Shown one piece after another: positions 7,793 to 15,736 of a stretch of 15,986 bases of DNA. Below the pieces are notes generated by a model, which had not been told where the DNA came from, searched no databases, and saw only the letters and a list, made by a program, of their open reading frames with translations. A program made the translations under genes and the position numbers. This DNA comes from an uncultured archaeon (GTDB lineage Archaea > Thermoproteota > Bathyarchaeia > Bathyarchaeales > Bathycorpusculaceae). The stretch spans positions 1-15,986 of the forward strand of contig CAWALK010000021.1 of assembly GCA_963782915.1 (NCBI GenBank), read 5' to 3'. The first letter of the stretch is position 1; each line of letters opens with the position of its first letter.

Positions 7793-9183
7793 ACCAAAAC
7801 TAAACAAGAAAGCCGTAGAAATGGCTAAGCAAGAGCCTCATGTTCGCGCGAAAAACTTTAGTGAAGTCGCATTAGGTTACACTGAAGCGGAAGCACAAGA
7901 AGAAGCAGCCAGATGCCTCTGTTGTCCAAACCCAATGTGCCGAACAGGTTGCCCCGTTGAAGTTCCAATTCCAACATTCATCAAATGCATCAAAGAAAAG
8001 AAATACGCTGAAGGCATAGCCGCCATCAAAACCAAAAACGCTCTACCAGCAGTTTGCGGAAGAGTTTGCCCACAGGAAGTGCAGTGCCAAAGCAAATGTG
8101 TCATCGGCAAAATGGGTGATCCAGTAAGCATCGGACGCCTCGAACGTTTCCTTGCTGATTGGGAACGCGAAAACGGCGCAGTAATGCCACCAAAAGCAGA
8201 GCCAACAGGCAAAAAAGTTGCAGTTATCGGTGCAGGTCCAGCGGGCTTAACCGTTGCAGCAGACCTCGTCAAACTCGGACACGAAATCACCATGTTCGAA
8301 GCCCTGCACATCGGCGGCGGAGTGCTATCTTATGGTATCCCAGAATTCCGTTTACCAAAAGCCATCGTAAACAACGAAGTCAACTACGTCCAGAAACTCG
8401 GCGTAGACTTACGACTTAGGCAACTTGGTTGGCAGAATCCACACTATCCCCGAACTCATGAAAAACGGTTACGACGCAGTCTTCATCGGCTCAGGCGCAG
8501 GCTTACCACAATTCACAGGTTGCCCAGGAGAAAACCTCGGCGGCATCTACAGCGCAAACGAATTCCTCATCCGCGTAAACCTCATGAAAGCCTTCCAATT
8601 CCCAGAATACGACACACCAATCCGCATCGGCAAACACGTAGTTGTCATCGGCGGCGGAAACGTAGCTATGGACTGCGCAAGAAGCAGCATGCGACTCGGC
8701 TCAACGGTTTGCTTACTCTATAGACGTGGACGGGACGAATTACCCGCAAGGCACGAAGAAATCGAAAACGCAGAAGAAGAAGGCTTAGTCTGCAAATTCC
8801 TCGCAGCACCAGTAGAATTCTACGGCGACGGCAAAGGCTGGGTTAAAGCCATGAAATGCATCGCTATGGAACTCACTGAACCAGACGCAAGAGGCAGACG
8901 AGGAGTCAAAACAATCGCAGGCTCAGAATTCATCATGGACGTCGACACAGTCATCATCGCAATCGGACAAACACCAAACCCAATCATCCAACGCACAACC
9001 GACGGCTTACAAAGCGACCCCAAACACGGCACAATCACTGTTAACGAAGTCGGCAAAACCAGCTTAGACGGAGTCTACGCAGGCGGAGACGTCGCCACAG
9101 GCGCAGCTACAGTTATCAGCGCCATGGGTGCAGGTAAACGTGCAGCTAAAGCAATGCATGAATACCTCATGAACAAAAAATAA
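7773..9183 (+). CDS. sudA: SudA/NfnB (large subunit, GltD-like; often annotated NADPH-dependent glutamate synthase), ~469 aa when repaired; one frameshift at ~8416
   Basis: ARCLCCPNPMCRTGCP, CGRVCPQEVQCQSKC, GAGPAG and YGIPEFRLP lie in the first frame. GNLVGRIHTI...GSGAG, GGGNVAMDCAR, YRR and GGDVATGAATVISAMGAG lie in the next. Removing one base from CGACTTAGGC fuses them. GTG start with GGAGGT SD, overlapping sudB. Confidence 0.9.
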
Positions 9184-9200
9184 TCCCCTAAAACCTTAGC

Positions 9201-9227
9201 CCTTTTTTGGGTACCAATTTTCTCTTT
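9201..9227 (+). terminator. Oligo-T archaeal-type terminator candidate after sudA
   Basis: CCTTTTTTGG...ATTTTCTCTTT about 20-45 nt after the stop. Confidence 0.45.
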
Positions 9228-9285
9228 AAGCTAACTTCTCCAAAACTTCATATCCCTAAAGGTTACCTGTTCAAGCGGGGAACCG

Positions 9286-10568
9286 ATGGTAAGCTTCTCG
9301 ATTAGCAAACGGGAAATTTTGATTCTAACAGGGTTGCTCTCTGTTGCTTTCGCCATAAGGCTTCTTCTGTTTCCAACGCAGGGTCTCCAAGGCGACATAG
9401 ATACTTTCCTTTCATGGTTTCGCACTGCCGTCAATTATGGCGTAAGACCATTCTATAGCATGGTTGGCTTCTGCGATTATCCGCCCTTTAATGTTTACAT
9501 CTTCTGGGTAGGCGGTTCCTTGGCGAATGCGTTTTCAGCTTTTGGTGTGAGCGCTGTTAACATCGTAAAGTTGATTCCAACAGTCTTCGACCTTGCCACG
9601 TCAGTGCTCATCTACCTGTTCGTGCGTAAACAGTTATCTTTCAAACAGAGTCTGCTGACAACTGCACTCTATGCTTTCAACCCAGCAGTAATCTTTAACG
9701 TCGCCGTTTGGGGGCAATTCGATGCAATCTACACATTCTTCCTCGTACTTTCCCTGATGCTGGCACTGAAAAGCAAACCCAAACTAGCTGCAGGCGTCTT
9801 CGCAGTTGGATTGTTGACTAAACCGCAAGGCATCGCATTAGCGCCCCTGCTAATCTACTTGATTTACAGAAAAAATGGCTTGAAGAACCTATTGTTTTCT
9901 GTAGGGGTGTTTGCCGCCACTGTTTTCGCGGTGATTTTGCCGTTTGAATGGAGTAACCCCATAAGCTTTTCTGGGCAACGCCTATTTTGGTGCCTATAAC
10001 CGCTATGAAGTGACATCGGTTAATGCTTTTAATTTTTGGGGGCTGTTTGGTTTATGGGCACCCGATGTTGGATTGTACTTGGTTGGGTGGGTGCTTTTCG
10101 GAGTTGCCGCAGCCTTCACGTTAGTCGTTTTGCATAAGCGGTTCAGAGTCTCAGGTGATTGGCTTGCAGTGTTCGGTGCGTTCATGCTTTTCTTTGCCTT
10201 CTTCATGTTGCCAACCAGAATTCATGAACGCTATCTTTTCCCAGCCATCAGCATACTAGCGCTGATGTTTTTCACTCGTAAAATACAGTCGCCCATTGTA
10301 TGTAGCTTTAACTGGAACTTTGCTTGTTAACGAAGCATATATTCTGTTTACGTCAAACGCTGCTGGAAACGCTGGCTTAAACAATCCTAACCTGACAGGC
10401 GATCCTGTGGTGCTGGCGGTTAGCGCTCTTAATTTGGTTATGTTCAGCTATGCCATTGTGCTTTTGTTGGCTGAATTGAGGGGCAAGGGCGTTTTCAATC
10501 GGGGCACCATTGGCAAAACTGAACCTGCAACTGCAACGCCCTCCTTTGAAGCAGTTGATGGTGGTTAA
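9286..10568 (+). CDS. Polytopic GT-C glycosyltransferase (lipid-phosphate-sugar dependent; ALG6/ALG8- or GT87-like), ~426 aa when repaired; two frameshifts (~9968, ~10270)
   Basis: Many TM helices with GDIDTF, CDYPP, WGQFD, TKPQ, NAFNFW and IHERY motifs. Removing one T from the T4 run (9967-9970) and one from the T5 run (10268-10272) joins the three ORFs (..ISF|LGNAYFGAYNRYEVTSVNAFNFW..ALMF|SLVKYSRPLYVAL..). Confidence 0.8.
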
Positions 10569-10615
10569 ACTTTAGGTTCCAAGAGTCGGAAGCTAACACA
10601 GAGAGAAGGGCTTTT

Positions 10616-10776
10616 GTTGCTCTCACAGGGGTACCCCCCTCTATTTATAGGGTAGACGCGTGCAGGTTGAGCATTGTTGAGGCAGTATGCATTCGTTGAG
10701 TATACGCGTTGCATAAGCAATGCTTGTTGAGTCTGGCTTATTTTTATTGCACGTTTGCAGCGGTTTAGAATGCAAC
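10616..10776 (+). repeat. Dispersed non-coding element, copy B
   Basis: Homologous to copy A. Contains a GGGGTACCCC palindrome (10628-10637), CTATTTATAG (10641-10650), four GTTGAG (10666, 10676, 10695, 10726) and GTTGC...GCAAC ends. Confidence 0.85.
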
Positions 10777-10793
10777 TTCATGCGAAGAGGTTC

Positions 10794-11990
10794 TTAGATA
10801 TCGCCTTTGATTGGTTCCTTAACCAATGCAATCCAGACTACAGCGCCCAATATACCCAAGCTGCCTAAAACCAGCCCAACAGCTTGATAGCCATAGCTGT
10901 TTAGCATGAATCCTGCAATAAGCGAAGACAACAGCATGCCCACATTCATGAATGCCGTATTAAGCGACATCATGGTGCTTCGGAATTTGGGCAATTGCTC
11001 AATAATTAAACTGCCTCCCGCCGAGAGCGTCATTGCAGCAAACCAGTAGCGTATAATGCTAACGGCGGCTGAAAGCTCAGCAGTTGGCATAAACATAAAA
11101 ACCAAAGTAAGCACACCCGTAACTACGCAGGCGACTGTGCCTAATCGTTTGCGCCCCATCATATTTACCAGTAAACCCGCGACGAAACCGCCAACGGCGC
11201 CCACGAGGCTTCCTACCAAAACAAAAGTTGACCCCCAAGCAACAGTCATACTGAATTGTTCCCTAAAGAAAGAAACTGAATAATACGCTATTGCACCCTC
11301 ACAAAGCATTAGCACAGTTACAGAAAGCGCGGCAATGGTTGATAGGTTGGAGAAAGCTTGTTTGCAGCCAAGGAAAAATGGTTCCTTCGGAAATGAAGGG
11401 ATTGTTTTGAGCCTATTTGGAATTACTATCGCTGCTAAGGTAAGACTTACTAATGAAAATGGCAGTGATAAGAGAATCGTTGCTGTTCGCCAATCGCCAA
11501 AAGTAGATATTAGTGCGGTTGCTGGTCCACCGACGAGGTATGCAAGCGTTATTGCTGCAACCATCACACCGACTGCTCTGCCTCTTTTCTCCAATGGATA
11601 CACGTCACCGATTATAGAGTAAGCCATGGCCGTAACCATAGCTATTCCAGCGCCTACACCAATGTTAGCCGCTAAAAGCACGTTGAAATTTGGCGCAAAA
11701 TAGTATCCCAATGTAGCTATGCTTGTACAGGCAAGACCAATCAACAGAAACAGTTTATGATTATAGCGTACACATAAAACAGCCATCAACAAGCCAAAGA
11801 CGACGCCTGATATTGAGCCGACAGAAGCTGTCATGCTTGCGGTTCCAACTTCAACCTGAAAGTTATGGGCTATATCGACCATAAGTATCTGGAAAGTGAC
11901 AGTGATTAACCAAGTGGACAGTGCAGAAAGTGCCAAAACCGGCAACAGAAGCCTACTGTGATGTAGGTTACCACTATTTGTACTGCCCAT
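10794..11990 (-). CDS. MFS transporter (DHA1/arabinose-efflux-like)
   Basis: About 12 hydrophobic segments with IIGDVYPLEKRGRAVG, MGRKR and LPKFRSTMMSLN. ATG 11990 is preferred (TTTAAATA 25-32 nt upstream); 12008 is possible. Confidence 0.88.
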   Translation of the reverse strand: MGSTNSGNLHHSRLLLPVLALSALSTWLITVTFQILMVDIAHNFQVEVGTASMTASVGSISGVVFGLLMAVLCVRYNHKLFLLIGLACTSIATLGYYFAPNFNVLLAANIGVGAGIAMVTAMAYSIIGDVYPLEKRGRAVGVMVAAITLAYLVGGPATALISTFGDWRTATILLSLPFSLVSLTLAAIVIPNRLKTIPSFPKEPFFLGCKQAFSNLSTIAALSVTVLMLCEGAIAYYSVSFFREQFSMTVAWGSTFVLVGSLVGAVGGFVAGLLVNMMGRKRLGTVACVVTGVLTLVFMFMPTAELSAAVSIIRYWFAAMTLSAGGSLIIEQLPKFRSTMMSLNTAFMNVGMLLSSLIAGFMLNSYGYQAVGLVLGSLGILGAVVWIALVKEPIKGDI

Positions 11991-12014
11991 GCCCCTCTCT
12001 TTCCGCATAAGATG

Positions 12015-12022
12015 TATTTAAA
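12015..12022 (-). promoter_or_regulatory. Candidate TATA box for the MFS gene
   Basis: TTTAAATA on the minus strand at leaderless-transcript spacing from ATG 11990. Confidence 0.45.
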
Positions 12023-12055
12023 ACAAAAATTAAAGAATTGGAAACGCCGATGATC

Positions 12056-13228
12056 TTATCCGACGCACCAACCGAACCGCTTGATATCAGCCGGCGAAAC
12101 CTTCTCAGCAACCATCAAATCCTTCAAGCACACCGGGTCGGTTTCTAAGTAGTCGCCTGTGCATGCGTATGCTCGTCCTCTGCAGCCGCCACAGCCTTCC
12201 CTGTATTCGCAGCTTCCACATTTACCCTTCAGTGTTTGACGTTGCCGCAGAGTATTGAGAACTTTGGAGTTGCGCCATATGTCACTTAGGCTTTGTTCTC
12301 GGATATTGCCGACTTTGATTGGTAAGAATGTGCAGGGGTAGATGTCGCCGTTTGGTCGTAAGCTAAAGTACATGTTACCGGCATGGCAGCCTATTCCGTT
12401 GTGTATCCAGAATTCTTTGATGAGTAAGTCTTTGGCTTTGGTGCCGTGGTTGCGATGCATTTCGCAGGCGATTTCTGGGTAAAGTGGGGTGCCGCCTGAC
12501 ATGGTGAAAGTCATTTCTGTGTCTTCTTGTTTGCTTTGTAGCCATCGGATGAGGTTGACTCTTTGCTCCATAGTCATTGCTTGATCCATTACGTCTTTGC
12601 CTCTGCCTACAGGAACCAAATCATAAACTGCAACTTCATCTACGCCCAAATCGTTTAGGAACTCTATGCGTTTAGGCATCTCACTGTAGGTATCCTTCAT
12701 TGCCATAGTAGTTATAACGACTTCTAAATCGATTTCGAGGCAGGTTTTGATGGCTTGCACTGCCCGGTTAAAGGTCCCCGGCAGATTGCGCAGGTGATCA
12801 TGTTTTTCGGGAACCACCGAGTCAATGGGCATGCCGATGGCTTTGATTCCTGCTTCTTTAAGCTGCAACGCCGTATGTGGGGTAATTAGTAAGCCGTTGG
12901 AGAGTACTGCTGTTATGATGCCTAAGTCGTCGCAGTGTTCAGCAAGGGCTAGGACAAAATCTTTGCGGAGCATGGGTTCGCCTCCGCTGAAAATTACTGC
13001 TTGCGTACCCAAACTGTGCATCTCATCAATTGCATGCATTGCTTCTTTGAGGTTTAATTCGCCGGGCATGGCTTCTCTGGCAGAAACATGGCAGTGTAGG
13101 CACCGTAGATTACACGCTCGGGTTACTGCATAAGAAACAATAAGGGGTGTATTGGGTTCACCCTTCAGTCCCTGCCCTAAGAGTTTCTGTCTCAGCATCA
13201 GCTCGAGCAGTTTAAAGGTTGTACCCAC
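12056..13228 (-). CDS. Radical SAM protein with SPASM domain (AhbC/AhbD/NirJ/PqqE-like subgroup)
   Basis: VTRACNLRCLHC, FSGGEP and PVGRG. SPASM motifs GCHAG...NGDIYPC...GKCGSCEYREGCGGCRGRA...DPVC. GTG start 13 nt after the LamG stop. Confidence 0.92.
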   Translation of the reverse strand: MGTTFKLLELMLRQKLLGQGLKGEPNTPLIVSYAVTRACNLRCLHCHVSAREAMPGELNLKEAMHAIDEMHSLGTQAVIFSGGEPMLRKDFVLALAEHCDDLGIITAVLSNGLLITPHTALQLKEAGIKAIGMPIDSVVPEKHDHLRNLPGTFNRAVQAIKTCLEIDLEVVITTMAMKDTYSEMPKRIEFLNDLGVDEVAVYDLVPVGRGKDVMDQAMTMEQRVNLIRWLQSKQEDTEMTFTMSGGTPLYPEIACEMHRNHGTKAKDLLIKEFWIHNGIGCHAGNMYFSLRPNGDIYPCTFLPIKVGNIREQSLSDIWRNSKVLNTLRQRQTLKGKCGSCEYREGCGGCRGRAYACTGDYLETDPVCLKDLMVAEKVSPADIKRFGWCVG

Positions 13229-13241
13229 AGCATTTCATCCC

Positions 13242-14171
13242 TTAGATTTTGGGTTTTATTATCCAGAGCTGGATTCCTCTGCGTAGTAGCCAAGCCACCG
13301 CGAAGACTATGGAGACAACGACGATTACTATGACCATGTTGGGGCCGATGTCGAAGCTGTTTTCGATGTTTTGTGCTAAGTCTGTGATTTTTATTTTGTC
13401 GATGGAAGCTAAACTGTCGTGTCCAAAGTAGTATTCTGTGCCTTGTAGGATGTTGCCGCTTGGATTCTGTGTGCCCGATAAGACTTTGACGGTTTGTTCT
13501 TGGTTGTTGATGTAGAGGTGCATGCCTGTGGCTGTTCGGGTAAACTGAACGTTTATCCACTCGTTCAGTTGGATTGGCTGGGTAGTTACGATTTCGTTGA
13601 AGCCGCCGGTTTCCGTCATGACGAAGCCGCTGAGTGCTCCCTCAACGTATTCTTCGCCGTTGCTTGGTGCCCCTGCACGCAAAGCTAAGCCGAGGACGCG
13701 GGTGGTGTTTTGCCATGCACAGGCTTGGTCGGGGTGGTCGCATTTGATTACAATGTTGTTGTAGGTTGCATCCTTGTAGCCGGGAACGTTGATCCACGCA
13801 TCTATTGTGAAGTACTCTTGGATGTCGAGGTTGGTTGAGATTGGGACATACATGGGTTCATCCATCGGTGGAAAGCCTACGACGAATTTGATAGGGACAT
13901 AAATCGCGTTTTCTCCATTGAACTGCATTGCTTTGCCCGATTGCCCATCAACAAGGCTTGGGTATGGGTCGCCTGCGAGTATTCCGTTGTTGACGCCGGT
14001 TGCGTCGGGGGTTATGGTTGTGGAGCCGCTGATTTTAGTTTCGTCTAGTGCCCACTCGCCAACTGTAGTTGAGCTTTGAGCTTGGGTTGATAAGAGAAAG
14101 ATTGGGCTTAGCATGGTTGCTACCAGCAAGCACAAGGTTAAGGTTTTTGTGAAGGTTTTTTTGGTTGCCAT
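13242..14171 (-). CDS. Secreted, C-terminally membrane-anchored LamG/concanavalin-A-like domain protein
   Basis: Signal peptide MATKKTFTKTLTLCLLVATMLSPIFLLSTQA. LamG motifs GEWALDE, DATGVNNG, GQSGKAMQFNG, FTIDAWI, LNEWINV, MHLYINN, IDKIKI. C-terminal TM helix plus RR. ATG 14171 is preferred over GTG 14192. Confidence 0.85.
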   Translation of the reverse strand: MATKKTFTKTLTLCLLVATMLSPIFLLSTQAQSSTTVGEWALDETKISGSTTITPDATGVNNGILAGDPYPSLVDGQSGKAMQFNGENAIYVPIKFVVGFPPMDEPMYVPISTNLDIQEYFTIDAWINVPGYKDATYNNIVIKCDHPDQACAWQNTTRVLGLALRAGAPSNGEEYVEGALSGFVMTETGGFNEIVTTQPIQLNEWINVQFTRTATGMHLYINNQEQTVKVLSGTQNPSGNILQGTEYYFGHDSLASIDKIKITDLAQNIENSFDIGPNMVIVIVVVSIVFAVAWLLRRGIQLWIIKPKI

Positions 14172-14280
14172 TTGTTTTACACCGTTAGGCACTGTGTGGT
14201 ATGTGCCTTATTGCTCTCCCCCGGGAACAGCCTGTTCCCCCGGAAGAACAGCAAAAACGGCTTCTTTGGTATCCCATAGC

Positions 14281-14292
14281 ATAATATATTAT
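14281..14292. promoter_or_regulatory. Palindromic TATA box, possibly bidirectional (LamG operon / NERD gene)
   Basis: ATAATATATTAT is a perfect 12-bp palindrome 19-30 nt before NERD ATG 14311. Confidence 0.55.
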
Positions 14293-14310
14293 CAAAGCTA
14301 ATCCTGTCGT

Positions 14311-15045
14311 ATGCGTAAGATTAAAGCGTCAAGTAGCTACCTCAAGAACCAAACAAGAAAAAACCTTGCCAAAGCTGTCCTTTGTCTAATTGTATTTGGC
14401 GTTGTTTTGGCACTAATTATCTTTGGGATGCTTTCTTTGGTGCAGATGGGGCTTTTTAAAGAGATTGGACTGGTTTTTCTGATAGGGCTCATCTTTATGG
14501 TAGCGGCGCTAATCGGTTCCTACTATTATCTGCGCAAATACCACATTTTCAACGGCGGCTATCAGGGCGAAAAACAAGTAGCTAAACTGCTAAGCAATAG
14601 CTTAAGCGATGATTACTACCTCATAAACGACCTCTACTTACGTGAAGGCGGCGGAGACATCGACCACATCGTTTTGGCTCCGGGCGGCGTTTTTGTGTTA
14701 GAGACCAAAAACTGGAATGGCAGCATATCCGTTAGCGGGGATGAGTGGCATAGAGGTGGAAAACATGATTCTTCTTCGAGCCCAAGCCGCCAAGTTAACC
14801 GTAACGCTGGAAGAATTAAGCGCATAATAGATTCCTCGCCGAGTTTGCGGTCTTTAGGCATCTGGGTTGAAGGCATCGTCGTATTAACCAACAAACATTC
14901 AACATTACACGTAAACAATCCAACGGTGCCCATTCTCAAGCTTCCACAGCTACCAAACCACTTATCCACACATGGAAGCGCCCGAAGATTCAGCCGTGAA
15001 CAGTTAGAATCAATAGGAAAAGAAATTGCTAAGCAAAAAGCTTAG
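14311..15045 (+). CDS. NERD (nuclease-related domain) protein with two N-terminal TM helices
   Basis: GYQGEKQV...L, INDLYL, GDIDHIVLAPGGVFVLETKNWNG and SPSRQV. Confidence 0.9.
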   Translation: MRKIKASSSYLKNQTRKNLAKAVLCLIVFGVVLALIIFGMLSLVQMGLFKEIGLVFLIGLIFMVAALIGSYYYLRKYHIFNGGYQGEKQVAKLLSNSLSDDYYLINDLYLREGGGDIDHIVLAPGGVFVLETKNWNGSISVSGDEWHRGGKHDSSSSPSRQVNRNAGRIKRIIDSSPSLRSLGIWVEGIVVLTNKHSTLHVNNPTVPILKLPQLPNHLSTHGSARRFSREQLESIGKEIAKQKA

Positions 15046-15736
15046 GCTGCTTAGGTTCAGGCGGAGTAATCTTTAGCCAATCTTTCCTTGCCACGAAGGC
15101 AAAGGACATTATGCCTGTTATGAATAAGCTGACTATTCCAAACGAGTTAGGTAACCATCGGGTGAAATCATCGGCAATGGTTGAGGCAAGAATTGAAAGG
15201 GAACAGTACATCGCAAAGATCCCGGTGACAAAGGTAGCTACATGAAGACCCATTTTTATGCAGCAAGCCTTAGTTTTTATCCAATTCAAACAGAACTCAG
15301 TTCTCCTCGAAACATCAGGTAAATCATCCAGCAACATAGCTAACCCTGCCAAAAAGAACACTCTCGCAGCGTTAACCGGTATATCGTTAGAGTCTACAAA
15401 AAACAAACTAACAGCCGAAACAGGCGTCAAAACAGTAACTAACACTGAAGTTATCGCTAACACAAAAAAGCCATAAACATAATGGTGAAAGAGAAATCTG
15501 CCCGTATGAAGTGATCTGCCTGTTGCAGCGGCTGGGAAGACACAGATTATGCCTGCGGCGAGTGCCAACAAAAACAGGTTTCCATCAAGCAGATAAGGCG
15601 CATATGGATGCCACTGCGGGTTTGATCTGTAGAATCCGTATAGAATGCCGGCGACTGTAGCTATAGTGATTAGCGCATTAAAAATTAACGCTAAACTGAA
15701 GATTTTCTTAAGTATTACCCCGACGGAGTCAGCCAT
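15029..15736 (-). CDS. Integral membrane protein of unknown function (~6 TM, FHHYVYG and LLDD motifs)
   Basis: 235-aa hydrophobic ORF; 3' end overlaps the NERD gene by 17 nt. Confidence 0.8.
   Translation of the reverse strand: MADSVGVILKKIFSLALIFNALITIATVAGILYGFYRSNPQWHPYAPYLLDGNLFLLALAAGIICVFPAAATGRSLHTGRFLFHHYVYGFFVLAITSVLVTVLTPVSAVSLFFVDSNDIPVNAARVFFLAGLAMLLDDLPDVSRRTEFCLNWIKTKACCIKMGLHVATFVTGIFAMYCSLSILASTIADDFTRWLPNSFGIVSLFITGIMSFAFVARKDWLKITPPEPKQPKLFA

Noticed and set aside
7773-9183. True glutamate synthase small subunit
   Set aside because: It is paired with SudB/NfnA and no GltB domains are nearby, so Sud/Nfn is the better call.
8405-10275. Programmed ribosomal frameshifting in sudA or the glycosyltransferase
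   Set aside because: All three need +1 shifts, no stimulatory structure is evident, and similar indels hit unrelated genes, so sequencing error is simpler.
10661-10735. GTTGAG/GTTGC repeats as a degenerate CRISPR array
   Set aside because: Units are only 6-12 nt with 10-31 nt spacing, there is no repeat-spacer periodicity, and no cas genes are present.
201-15476. Many overlapping shadow ORFs in the track (e.g. 625-912, 2059-2541, 2561-2809, 2889-3386, 6329-6805, 7877-8311, 13198-13560, 14113-14301)
   Set aside because: They lie antisense or out of frame to well-supported genes, have no motifs, and are explained by codon bias.
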